A DNA stretch of 64,000 bases, from positions 118,296,001 through 118,360,000 of the forward strand of contig NC_042998.1 in the NCBI RefSeq assembly GCF_006345805.1. The letters run 5' to 3'. Under the pieces are notes generated by a model. It was given only the letters and a program-made list of their open reading frames with translations. It was not told where the DNA came from and did no database searches. Within the stretch, counting starts at the first letter, position 1. Each line of letters begins with the position of its first letter. Below are positions 1 through 13,450 of this stretch, in pieces. The DNA comes from Octopus sinensis (Eukaryota). Position numbers and translations under genes: made by a program.

Positions 1-70
1 TTTCTGTGGCTTTACTATCGGGGCTATTTTTAGCCCTAGAGTTATCCACATAGTGGTTAACTCTCTATTA

Positions 71-107
<37 letters not shown>

Positions 108-280
108 TCCCTTCCTGCGTGTGTGATTTATGTATAGTAATGCCCTCTATATAATATAAATAAATATATTTAATAGAAAAGATTGGTGGATTTTTCTCTT
201 ATGATGTTTTTCACGCTAACTACTTGATAAATTCTTGTAACGATTTTATCCTATTTTTAAATTTTATATATATATATATA

Positions 281-665
281 TACTAGCAGTATCGCCCGGC
301 GTTGCTCAGGTTTGTAAGGGAAATAACTATAAAGCATTTTTAGAGAGTTATAGCCAAAAAATAGCAAAAAAATGGAAAAAAAATGATGGTAAATTTTTTT
401 TTTGAGAGTAATAAAAGGTTGAGTTGCGTCCCCTAGACAGTCTGTGGTTTGTTTTTTTTTATTCTCGACCCCATGTTGAATTTATCGATTTTTTTCAGAA
501 CTGGGGGAACTTTTCAAAATTTTCGCTGCGTTAGTTTTGAATATGACATTGGGCTATGTGTGTGTCAAGTTTCATCAGAATCGGTTGAAAGCCGTGGTCA
601 GGGTGAGGGTACGAGAAAACAGACACACAGAAACACGCACAGACAAACTGCCGTTTATATAGATA
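281..665 (-). mobile_element. Non-autonomous Helentron/DINE-1(HINE)-like element
   Basis: On the minus strand the 5' end is ATATCTATATAAAC followed by a TGTC microsatellite and the AACCGATTCTGATGAAACTTG block. The 3' end is GCAACGCCGGGCGATACTGCTAGT. Family assignment is by recalled resemblance to Lep1/DINE-1-type elements. Confidence 0.55.
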
Positions 666-673
666 TATATATA

Positions 674-708
<35 letters not shown>

Positions 709-713
<5 letters not shown>

Positions 714-1032
714 TGGTTGTTCATCCGCCTGGAATTCTAGGTTTTATAACCATGGGTCATCATTTAGAATCAAACATAAGGCTAATAGCACTTCCTTATC
801 GCGTAGGATATGGGAACTTAAAGACGAAAATATCAACTTTAACCTTTGATGGTCCATACTTGGATCGGCAGCGATTTATAAAAATAATAGAACTGGTTGA
901 CAGTTATGTTCCTTAGAACTCTTGGAAATCATTAGATTCCCTGATAAGGACAAGCTAGTTAATAAAATATCAGATTTCAAACGAACTTGTATGCATAAAT
1001 TGACTGAAACCTTTAAATACTATGAGCTTTAA
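709..1032 (+). pseudogene. Penelope-like element GIY-YIG endonuclease fragment
   Basis: Manual translation YIGCSSAWNSRFYNHGSSF...STSLSRRIWELKDENINFNL*WSIL...*QLCSLE...LVNK shows the YIG, R..H, LS..IWELK and LC..E pattern of PLE endonucleases, with 2 in-frame stops. Confidence 0.75.
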
Positions 1033-2274
1033 GTCTCCATTATCAATTTTTTATCCCTTCATGATCTCTCGTTGGAAATTCCATCATCTGCTCCCTCCTG
1101 CCACTATTCAGGCATTTAATTAACAACTCCTGGGCTTACCTCCAACTACTTATTCGGTTTACTTTCGCCTAGCTAGATTCTAACCCCATATAGTACACAC
1201 TTATTAAACAATCCGAGAACTTTACACTTATTTATAGAGAACATATCTAAATAATTTAGTCACTGACTCTAAAATTTAGAATATCACTACCATACACGTA
1301 GGTCCTATTAGCCAACACTAATAACTTCAATAATGCTTATAACAATATTAACTTCATATAACACTTCCTAAACAATTAAAATAGGAGTATAATTTACACA
1401 AGTGGATAGACTTGAATTTCCCCAATCACTATATTTTCCCAATCATATTATTAATATTATATTATTATATTATTACTATTATTATAATTTTTCTTTATAT
1501 TCTATGTTTAACTTCCATCTTAAGTTTCATTTCATTTTAATTTATTCTTTACATTTTCAATTTGCTTTTTACCTCTTTGTAACCTATTATTATTTACCTT
1601 TTTATGTATCCTGTCAGATATATTTTGTGCATTTCCAAATATATTTGATAGATTTTGAAATTTTTGATATCTTACAACATCTTTCTAACACCACCGGTTT
1701 ATTCTGTCAGTATTTTTACTATTTCTAATGCTCTTTCACTATTATTTTTTTTAAATGATTCTGTAAAACTCTATTTTTTAAAAATGATTCTTGCAAAACT
1801 CTATTCCTATAGGACCTTATATCTCTATATAAATTATTTCAATTGCTAGTTTGTTAGTTTGTTACAATTGTATTGTTAGTTTGCTACTCCTTTTATCACT
1901 TATATTTATTTCTTTTCTTTTTAAATCATTTCATTTATTGATCATCCCTTATTTCAACTTGTTACTTAATACCAGGTCTATTGGATTTGTCACAGACAGA
2001 TCTAAAATTACTTTTTTAAAACTTTTAAATATATGGAACTCAATCTATTGAGGATAGTATATTCCATATAACGGTTACGTATTCGAAAACAAGATATACA
2101 CTTGTAAGATGTACTGTATGTGTGTATACATGGATGGACGTGCGTGAACTTATGGGAAACTCAGAGTAACAGGTTTTGTTGAATTTTCTGCTGCTTTAAA
2201 TAAAGCATATTACTGTACCACTGGTATTTGAGTACTCTTTTTTCCACCTTGTTTCACATTTATGTGTTTACTCC

Positions 2275-2313
<39 letters not shown>

Positions 2314-2929
2314 GTGTGGTTAAGTATATGTGGATATGGTAGTGTAGGTATACGTTTACTAGGGCGTAACTGTAGTTATGTGTGGAGATGTACGTGTAGA
2401 TTCATGTATTTAAAGCTGTGCATAATGGGGCGTACTTATATACGCTCGAGCATGTTAGCGTATATATCTGTATGAGCGCGTGTGTATACACACATTACAT
2501 ATACTATGACTTCTAAGTAAGACCCATGCAATAGATGAATTTATAAAGCTAGTAATTTTTCGTGGTGAGTTTGGGTAAACTGACCATTCATCAAATTACA
2601 AACTTAATCTATAATTCAACGATGGTCAAACTAAGAAATTATTTATGACCGCTACCATCTCATCAAAGCCACCATCCTGTTCTCAGCTCTATAGTATTTT
2701 ATCTCTTTATCTCTTATTCTACTTTGTTTTTATTTCTTTTGTTACTTTATTACAGTTTTGCTAAATCTCATTTATATGTGTATCTATCTTTATTATCCTT
2801 ATTTTTACTTTTTTATCCTTATTTTTACTTTTATTACTCTTATTTTTGCTTCTTTTACAATTATTTCTTACTTTATTTTTTATCTTTATTTTTTCCTTCT
2901 ATCATATACACTGTAATTAAATATAAAAT

Positions 2930-3060
2930 CAATCCAATCTATTTAACATTCACTCTATGCTGAATGGTGGTACAGTATGGGCAGACTTTTTAAATGTAAG
3001 GAACCTTTATACAAATATACCTTTTCAAAGATATCATAAACCTATTATAATGGGTAATAC
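2930..3060 (+). pseudogene. Penelope-like RT fragment
   Basis: Reads FLNVRNLYTNIP, matching the PLE RT motif DVxSLYTNIP. Short and degenerate. Confidence 0.45.
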
Positions 3061-3241
3061 TACGTGTACATTTTATTTTATTTTGTGATGTAATCTTTGG
3101 ACTAACAATATTTGCGGCTGAAGAGAGCTTTAAGCCAACTTTTATATCAATAATATACTTATTCTGATGCAATAACAGATAGTTTATATAGCTGGAAACG
3201 TGTACCGTGATGTCGTTTGTGTTCTGTTTTTAAATTATGTT

Positions 3242-3301
<60 letters not shown>

Positions 3302-3649
3302 CGATCATGTGACCTACCAATAGTACCAAATATAAGTACGCGTGCGCAGAAAGCAGTGTGACAATAATAAAGATATGTTATGGCGAAAGTGCAGATAATT
3401 TTTTACTTTCCATCTCACGTAAGTATTTATGTCCGTATATATGTATGCATAGACAACTAACACTCATATACACAAAAAAACACGCTTAATTTACACAGGC
3501 TAGAAAAAACATTCATCGCATCAACCCTGCGTAGAAAAAGCTCATGTTTACAAATTTTGTCACTTAGTTTGCTGGTGATACGTCCACTCGGGTGAGATCA
3601 GTGTTTAATGGGACACGCGCATACATACAAACGCGCATACATACACTTA

Positions 3650-3713
3650 AGCATGCATACATACATACATACATACATACATACATACATACATACATAC
3701 ATACATACATACA

Positions 3714-3742
<29 letters not shown>
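3650..3742. repeat. (CATA)n microsatellite
   Basis: Direct inspection. Confidence 0.95.
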
Positions 3743-3744
<2 letters not shown>

Positions 3745-4093
3745 GTAATATATCACGTTTCGTATTTGTATTTGGTTTGCAAGATTCTTTATGTGAATTC
3801 GTGTGTTGAAGCATATTTCATTGTGTCTGGGGAGAGTCATTCTGTTTTAATACCTTATTAATTAAAACACTTACCGGTTCGATTTCAACTCATTTATTTA
3901 TTTTTCGAACATTTCCGTAGCTTTTTGCAGGCTATCCCTTATCAGAGCTGTGTTCTGTTTGCCTGTGAGCATGTGTGTGTGTCAGTGTGCATGTATATGT
4001 ATGTATGTATGTATGCATGTATACATGTATATATGTATATATATATAGGTGCCTGTGTGTATGTATGTATATATATATTCATACGTGTATGTG

Positions 4094-4124
<31 letters not shown>

Positions 4125-4389
4125 GTGTGTGTGTGCATGTGTGTGTACGTTTGAATGCATGTATTCTGCATATTCATGTTTTTATATGTTCATGTTTGCG
4201 TGTTGGTTTGTGTAGGGGAATGTGAATGTTTGTGTGTATATACGTGTGTGCGCCTTTGTCTCCTTCTTTGAGCATGTTTCAGTATGTGTATGTGTGTTAG
4301 TTTGTGCGACTATGTACGTGCGATTATGTAAGGATGTTTCATTTATGAGTATGTGCTCCTATTTTTGTCTGAGAGTTGGGTCTTTCGGT

Positions 4390-6030
4390 TTCTTGGATAA
4401 AATGCGAACGTGAAGTCGACCTAGTGTGACTCCATATTAATAGAGTATGAAGGACTATTTTTGTCGTCACATTGACTCAAGTGGTCATTTAGTCTCCCCA
4501 CAATGCTTCTAGATGTCACTATGCACCTTACGCTGTAGAATATATTTCTAGTTCTACAGTTAATGTCAGGGTTAATCGAACATATTATACAGTTCTCATT
4601 GGTGTATATAGTATTCTCATAGGAGTAAATCCTACATAATTTGTGATCTGATGGACCTCCTGGGCTTTTCTATGGTCTTAACGTTGGGTTTCACCTCCTT
4701 CAGAGCTTTCCTATATCTTCGGGCTTGTTCTCCATGGGTTGTGACCTCTGTAAAGAGCACTCCTTGATATTTGTATACAATGTGTTTACCCTGTTTGCTT
4801 GTCACAAACTCTAAGTATCATATTCCAGTCTTTACTTCTCTATATATGGAAGGTACCACTGATTTCATTACATATAATGCTATCTGACTTCCTACTCGCT
4901 CCCTTATATACTTAAACTCTATCTTTCCTGTCATATCCAGAGAGCTGCATGCGGGTCATGAAGTTCTGAACATGTTTCTTTGTTTCATAGAGTTCGCATA
5001 GTGGTTACACGTTGTTCCTTATCCAAACTAAGTCTGTTATCAGTATGTTGACATTTATCTTCTGTAACAAAGCCGAGTTCTCGTGAACAACATATTTAGA
5101 AGCTGAGTTTCATATAATAGGAGTGGAGGAGCTGCACTCTATTGTTCAGAGTCTCTAACCAAAGTTCAGTATCAAGGGCAAGGAGTCTATTTTTAGGGTG
5201 CCTAGGGAGGTAATTTATAGTTACCTTGATACTTTGATTGATGGCATTATGTTCATCTCGGTTTCCACACTACAGTTACTAGAGTTTGTTCTAACTGGAA
5301 TATAAATGTCATCTACATACCTACCGTAAAGCAATAAAGTTGTGGATTATTCAGCTAAGTATTATTTAAGTTTTCTATCCCACCAGGTCATGAAGAGACC
5401 AGCCTCATCTCCATCCATACCTTTACCAATGGCTGCAACTTGAACTTGCATGTATAGCTTCCTGTTAAAATCTGATATCTGGTTCTTGAAGGTGGTTCTT
5501 ATACTAGCCCCTATTGCATGTGGAAGGATTCTTTTCACCTGAGTGTTGTTGTCAGGGTCCTGGGTGGGTATAGGACAGCCACTCCAGCGCTCTGCGGTGT
5601 TTTTCTTCACTGCTGAGGTGATGGTAGGTGGTCTTCCCCTATGTGACCTGGAAGGGCAGAATATACTAAGGTCATGATTGTCTAGGTAGTTACAATCATA
5701 GCTTAGTTTAAGAAGGAGGCCGAGTTCCTTCGTGCTGACTCCGCGGAACTCTACCTCATTCTCAATGCATTTTTCCTCAGCAACATATATGTCCATAGAT
5801 GAATAGAATGAAACTACATCCATATTACTCACTATACAACCCTGTAAGGTTATTGGAGTGGTTCTAACTACTGATTCCACTGAGTAGATACTCCTAGCTC
5901 ACAGGCATCCGGGAAGATTTCAATGAGTGGTCATAACACCTGTGAGAGAAAGTAGGATAGCCTGTAATAGCTGGAGATATTCGCTCCAGGAGTGTACCCT
6001 TTCGGCCATTACCCAATATTTGTAACCTTA
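4390..6030 (-). mobile_element. Decayed Penelope-like element (RT, thumb, GIY-YIG remnant)
   Basis: ORF 5362-5880 has DVVSFYSS and FNRKLYMQ...AIG...LFM motifs. RYVDDI lies at 5308-5319 (minus). Further downstream are MQLSGY and CRTRNIFYSVRC...RLNDH. Confidence 0.8.
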
Positions 6031-6519
6031 AATGAGGAAAACCAAACGCTGCAGCTTGCGTATTACTGTATGGGCATTTGCAATGTTATCTCTTTGTTCA
6101 GACTCGTACCTTATAGAATGTGCTTTAACATATCACATTGTAGATACTGACATGATTTTCTAGACATCAATATCGATAAGTAATCTGTGACTAATTGTTT
6201 ATCAGGTTCCAACACCGACCCTTTTAACAATACCAATTACTTCAGGGGAATGTAAAAGCATTTGGCTCAAAACATGACTTACTGCTTTCCCATTCAAATT
6301 ATTTTCTTGTTCACGATCAGGCTATGCACCATCTCCTTCAATTTCTGCAAGTTCGAAAAACCTGAAAATATGATAGGACTGTTCTATTATTAAAAACAAA
6401 ATCTAGTCAGTAGAACATATTTCATAGAGAGGAAGAAAATCTGATTATTACAAATAGCGTGGTGCACCAAGGAAAATATCAATATCACGTTCAAATTCGG
6501 TACATGGCCACCATGTCCG

Positions 6520-6700
6520 GGATAGGGGTTAAATCGGTTATATCGATCCCAGTGTTCAAATAGTACTTATTTTATCGACCCCGAAAGCATGACAGGCAAA
6601 GTTGACTTCTGTGGCATTCGAACTCAGAAACTTAAAACCAGAAGTAATATCGCTAAGCATTTCTTCTGGTGCGGTAACAATTCTGTCAGCCCACCGCCTT
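6520..6700 (-). mobile_element. SINE (octopus-type family), minus copy
   Basis: Contains TTTATCGACCCCGAAAG...GGCAAAGTTGAC...TTCGAACTCAG, homologous to the copies at 6700, 9760 and 10065. Confidence 0.75.
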
Positions 6701-6875
6701 AAGGAGAATATTAATATTATGTTGTAATTTAATTCTGCCGAGGCCGACTTTGCCTTTCATTCTTAGAGATTGATAAAATAAATACCAGTTGATCACTGGG
6801 GTTAGTGTGATCAACTTATCCCCTCCTTCGAACTTGCTCACCCTGTGCCAAAATTGAAACCAATATAATTTTTTT
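6700..6875 (+). mobile_element. SINE, plus copy (partial)
   Basis: AATTCTGCCGAGGCCGACTTTGCCTTTCAT...TACCAGTTGATCACTGGGGT is the reverse complement of the adjacent copy. Confidence 0.7.
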
Positions 6876-9759
6876 AATTCCAATAATGACAGCAGGCAAC
6901 TCAGAAAATATTTTTATTTTACTGGAATATAGATTTTGTCGTCCTTAAAGAAGTTTCAACTGAATTGCCAACAAAGATTAGCGTTTTAATATAAGAACAT
7001 CAAGTAAGAATTTGAATAAAATTATGTTTACCATTTAGCTAATGTCTCATCATTAGATTAATATGTGTAATTTAGATATTTGATGACTTGCATTAATATG
7101 TACATCTTTGCTGAACTTATAAAAATAAATGTGTCCATTAATTCATATTATACATAATATATGTAATACTAATCAATAGCACGCATTAACAACAAATGTC
7201 TTGACATTTTTTAGGAATCATTAAAGACTATATCCATGATTAAGAATTTGAATCAACTTTAGCGTGTTTGTACAAATGGAATTTATATATTAATACCAAA
7301 TTAGCAAATAAGTAGGATTAGGTGCTACAAAAATGAAATATCTTAGAATGGATAGCATATTCGATTATCATTAACTGTTAGGTAACTTTGTAACATTGAA
7401 AATATTGTAAATCATCTAAAACATAAAAAAAAACCATTAATTCTCGTGTCACGTTTACTCTAAACTAGGCGCAACTTGGTCATTGCAAATCAGATATAAA
7501 AGTAATTGACGTTTAAAAGCTGTTGCACATTAATAAAACTGTTAAAAAAAAGACAAAATATATTATTAACGTTGTTTCTCTCCAGTCCTCTTGTATCTCC
7601 TTTAATCTGTCGCTGCAATAAAAGAGATTGAATAACGTTAGTCTTAAAAATATAAAATACTTTAAAAGATTAATACTTGCGCATATTTCTTCAAAGAATA
7701 TCAAATAATTTTAGATGTTATGTGCCCATATCATATTTTAATACTTACATTTAAAGCGCATCTATCAAGAGCTATTTTTCTACACTCGTCATTTGCCGTC
7801 ATATTATCTTAGTTATAGCCATGAAGCAGTCTTAGATAAAAAGCAGACGCGGCCGAATAGTAATTTTAAAACCTGAAACCGATCGTTTACGTTTAATGGG
7901 AAACTATTTTCATATCAAGTTAGCAATATTGTAACTTCCAGAAACATTTTGCTTCGAATATAGCCTAAAAGTAAAGTATATATTTCTAACTATTTTACAA
8001 ATCATTTTTAGTTCATTGGGAGTTGACTGAAGGCATTAATTTTGGATAAGCTCTCCCAAAATATTCGTAATGAAAAATGTTATTATAAATAATAAAAACT
8101 GAAATGTTCGTGTCACCATAAACAAAATATCTCGTTGTTTTCGTTAATAGACAAATACTTTCTATCTCGAAATTGCATTTACTTATACACTATGTGTCAG
8201 TTTCTATTTAGGTTGCACAGTGGAGTTTGAAAGAAATTAGGTTACTATTGCTACCAGTTTGAAGTAATAGAATATGTTCGATTGTTGGAAATTTAATCGA
8301 AATGATAATCTGTATATGGTCAGAATATTTTTCCATATATAACAGAGAAGAAAATTGATTTGGGTTTTTCCTGATACTTGTACGCATTACAGTATGAAAT
8401 CGCCGAGCCTATACTCATGTAGGTTCCTGACTGAGAATATACTGTATGTAGTTTAGTTTACCTCAAACGCATATCAATGCAATGGAAGAAATATAGAAAT
8501 AAAACTACTTGATAGATTTGTAGGTAGTGTTTAATGTTCAGCATGGTAATCATGCAGATTGAAAAAAAACTGCCATAGTGTAGTGACGGCGCAAAGTTAT
8601 CGTGAAATCCGTTCACGATGTGCATTAAAATATATTACATCCAGAAAATAATTACCCCCAGCCCAGAGAGGTGTGGTATCATAATGTTAAACCGTAACCA
8701 CAATTCTACTCACAACCGAAAGCAATTGATTAACATTGCGTGCATACACAAAACCATATTTATATAGAATCACTGAATAGATATACACTTAACCGGCTTA
8801 TTGTTGTCTATCGAATTCTCTTTTCACTACTTTCCCTTTCATTAATGCCACTTCGATGACTGTACATTCGATCTTTGATGCGTAGCTGCGATTGCAGATG
8901 AGATGTGTATATGTTTTGTGTGTTTATGTGTGTGTGTGTGTGTGCGTGTGCGTGTGAGCGCGCGTGTGTGTGTGCGCCTGTATATGTGCAATTGTATGTT
9001 TGTATTTGTGCATCTGTTTATCAAGACCAAGCGCCTACTTGGCGCGTCAGCCTTGTTTTTCACATCTCCAGTTAATGTACAGATTGTTTCCACTCCACAA
9101 TTTCAATTCTTCTTCAGAACTGTATCACCAACTCACAGGAAGAACGGTTATCCACGTATTCCATTCTTTAACGTTGTATATGCTCTTATAATTAATCATC
9201 ACCAGATTTTGTACACCTTTGGCTTTCGAGTCAGTTACTGACTCTGGTGTAGCTAGATTACAAATGTTTATTAGGAGACAGAAGTAATACATGTATGCTG
9301 TATGTGTAAGCGATTTAGGTTGTTGTTCGTATGGGTAGATCCAATGGTGAGCTTTAGAACGCCTAATCTTATCTCAACAGATAAAGAGACCTTATGGAAT
9401 TTTCTAGACACAACGACGTGTGAACGCCTACAGGTAATAATGCATTGGCTCAATATGACCCTTATGAAAGGGTTGGAGCACTAACCGCCCGGAAAATGCG
9501 TTCTTGAAACTATTATACAGTTTGACATGTTTTTTTAAAGACTTTGGTTCTGAAGTTAGCGAAAGATACAAGGGCATTTGTAAGACAGTTAAGGATATTT
9601 TCATATCACAGGCAATCTTTGAAAATGGTGTCGCCTTGATCTCTGGAATGGCGTCGTGTGTGTCAAATAGATGTTGAACAGGAAGACTGAAGAGGGCTGT
9701 GCAAGTGCAATTGACTCAGGACGTTAAATAATTGGTTTATTTTTATATAAGTAGGAAGA

Positions 9760-9980
9760 ATCGTTAGAACGCCGGGTTAAATGCGTAGCAGCATTTCCCC
9801 CGATTTACGTGTTGTGTTAAAATTCCACCAAGGTCAACTTTGCTTTTCATCATTAAGGGGTCAATAAAATTTAAAAAAAAAACAGTTGGGCACTGGGGTC
9901 AATGTAATCGGCTTAATCTTTCCCAAAACTTGCTGGCCTTGTGCAAGAATTTGAAGCCATTGTTGTAATATAAGCTGAAA
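9760..9980 (+). mobile_element. SINE, plus copy
   Basis: GAATCGTTAGAACGCCGGG...AAATTCCACCAAGGTCAACTTTGC...CACTGGGGTCAATGTAATC, same family. Confidence 0.75.
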
Positions 9981-10064
9981 TGGTTGTTGAGATAATGGTT
10001 TGTAAGGTGTCACTGTGTGTGCTATCAAACCTCAGTGAGGCAGATGAGGAAAAATATTGGTTTC

Positions 10065-10265
10065 AGGGGTGGGGGTATGTTTCAGGGGAGGAGTTATATC
10101 GATTATATCGAGCCCCAGTGCTCAACGGCTATTTATTTTATCGATCCTGAAAGGATGAAAGGTAAAGTCGACTCCGGCGGAAGGTAAACTCCGAACAGAA
10201 AGACAGACGAAGTGCCGCTAATCATTTTAACCGGCGTACTAACGATTCTGCCACCCCGCCGCTTT
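10065..10265 (-). mobile_element. SINE, minus copy
   Basis: TTTATCGATCCTGAAAGGATGAAAGGTAAAGTCGAC...CTAACGATTCTGCC, reverse complement of the 9760 copy. Confidence 0.75.
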
Positions 10266-10983
10266 TTAGGTGACGAAAAATATTTAGCAATGTCGAAGCC
10301 TATATAGTTTACATGTTTACCTTATTGATATCTACAAAGTGAAATAAACATTTTCTCATGTTGATTTCCTTTTATTTTGGTTACGTCCCTCGTGATATAT
10401 ATGCATATTTACCTTTCTGTCTCCCTGTATATGTGAACGTGCAAAACTTATATACATCGTAGTATTTCAGTTCATCGCTAACGTTTTCATACAATTGTTA
10501 CTTACCTCTGGCTTTTGGTGACTCGGTTTATTGGCAGTGTCGTCAAGTAGTGTATTTTGTGGTATTTGGTCCCTTTTTCAGCGTCCTGAATACAAAACAC
10601 GTCTAGATCGATTTTACTTCGCATCACTTCGAGGCTAGTAACAGAATATATCAGTGAAGTAACTCTAACGCATGCAGTAATCCCAGCACAGCTTCCGACC
10701 AATATTGCAAAAAATGATTAAGCGTGCTGAATTGAGAAACGAGATACAGGAAAATATTTTGCTGCATTTCTTTCTGTTCATTACGTTATGAGTTAAAATT
10801 CTGCCGAGGTCAACATTGATTAAGATCATTATAGATACAGATGGCCATAGACGGCACACAAAGAAACGGCAAAAACGAGCTCCCTCTCAACCTGTCTCTC
10901 TTTATCTCTCTCAGTCACTCAGCCTCACCCTACCTGGTTGCCTTTCATATTGTTAGAGAAACAGAGAAAGAGTATGCAGGCAT

Positions 10984-11288
<305 letters not shown>

Positions 11289-12659
11289 TGGAGAAGTAGG
11301 TTGCAACCAAAAAGTATTAATAAAGAGACGTATAGAGTGCAATATATTCGGCTGAAAACATAGATAACTTGCTACTCGTTTTTCCAAGCGACAAAATACC
11401 AAATATATGTAAGTATATATCTGCTTGTGCGTGTACGAGTATGAGCGTGTGCCTAAGTTTCTACAGGCCAGTGTATTTTATACAGGCAGTGCCATATTCA
11501 GTTGACAACTCCTACACAACATTTGTATTTTTGCGTCCCTAACTATTGAAACCTTACTACTCTCAAATCAGTGTGCAATACTATAAATCACTTTACGAAT
11601 ACACCAAGCCCCACTATGCAGATAGGTGCTGACTGCAGTAAACATAATTATTGCAAACCTTCGCAAAACTAATAATTGTGAAAACCAAAAATAAGTTTAT
11701 ATTATCAGAAGGCAACAATAGTTTTGCATTGCACATATTTATTTAACTGGAGGAACTATCAGATGAATTTTAATCAAATTTTATTTTTATGAAATCAAAT
11801 AAAATGTCTTTATAAAAGTTTGTAGAATATTTCAGTATAGAATTCCTTACTAATTTGTACATACGATGATTTTGGATGTACTTGTGCATGTGTGTGCTTA
11901 TTAGAGTTAGTAAAATAATCTTTGTTGAAATCTTGAACAGATATTACAAAGGAATTTCATTCGCTTTCAAATATTCTGAATATTTGATTAAAATTAGCCA
12001 AATATATCCTACATTGTTAGAAATATGAATGAAGATTGCAAAGCCAATATATAGCATTTTATGTGTGTGTGTGTGTGTGCGTCATGTGTCTGTGTTTGTG
12101 CGTGTGTGCGTGCGCGCGCGTGTGCGAGTGAGTATATATGTATGTATTTGTATATATATATATATACATATATATGCTATGGTGTTTGATAAGCAGCGTC
12201 GATTTTTACAATTCAATAAATAATAATGATAGTATATTTAAGCTTATAACTTAGAGGCGATCACTGTGCAGTTACACAAGAAAATAGTCTAATAATGTGG
12301 CATGTTAGCCCTCGACGAAAAAAAATGTACAAACTACCGTTGACTACCATTGTCCTACTACAGATTTATTTCGGCTTAACGTCGAAAGGCTCGGCAAACA
12401 TCTACACTCCCACCTACTTCCTGCTTCTTTTAAACTATTACTTAATTAGCATATTAACTTAATAGTAACAATGGTCCAGGAAATAACAAAAACATCATGG
12501 GAGCATTACTTTCTTTAATTTCGTATTATTCCCACCCTTTTTCCCTCACACCGCACTACTATACCTCCCCACATCGAAATTTAAGTTAATTTAAACTAGT
12601 ACGTTAATATTAAATAATAATAGTAGTAATAATACTTACGATTTAAATTTAGGGTTAGA

Positions 12660-13450
12660 CATTATTAATTAAGCATTTCAGTCTGTTTACATTCTATTTT
12701 TCTTTCCTCCTGAGCGTTTAGAGGTCCCGTTTCGGCCCTTAATATCTCCATGAATTCATGGGTACGTAAGAGACATGACCTATTTCCAATTCTATACGAT
12801 TTCGTGTTACTTATTATAACCCATTTTAATTCATAATTGATTTCTTTCGACTTTAACCTCCAAATGTATTTACTTAATCCTGTCGAATTCATTAGTTTCT
12901 TATTTTTAAATGAATTCATATGCGGTGCTATTCGTTGTTTACTTTTATTCGATGTTGACCCATTATACGTACTATCTGGATAATTTTCAATATCCGTATT
13001 ATTTTTTCCGCTTTTTTCATTTCCATCTACTTTTACAGAAACCACACATTTATATACTACATCCATTACTTTACATCTTCCATTACATTTCCAGTGATTT
13101 TTATCCCAACAATTACAACTATTACGGTCTCCAACGCTCCTATTCAGATGCTTATTTAAATTATCATAGTAATATTTATTCAGCCTATACTTATCTATTG
13201 ATGAAATAATGTTCCCTACATTGTTAGGAATTGGATACCCCAACTCCTATATTATTTTTATAGAATATTTCCATATATTTTTTTTCCATAATAAATGATA
13301 CTATTGTATTAGTGATATCTTTAATAATATTACTTTTAACTTACCATATCGGACTATCAACCATATTATTATATTATTATTTTTATTAATGTTTATATCA
13401 TTAATTCCCGTATCTTTATTTACGCAAGTCTTGTTACTATCTTCTATATT
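12660..13450 (-). mobile_element. Penelope-like element 3' part with GIY-YIG domain
   Basis: ORF 12665-13243 has CNC...C...VVYKC...TYNGST...QRIAPHMNSF...TGLSKYIWRLK...CLL...E...LN, typical of PLE endonucleases. Confidence 0.8.

Noticed and set aside
12650-12660. TTAGGGTTAG telomere-like motif
   Set aside because: Fewer than two units, expected by chance.
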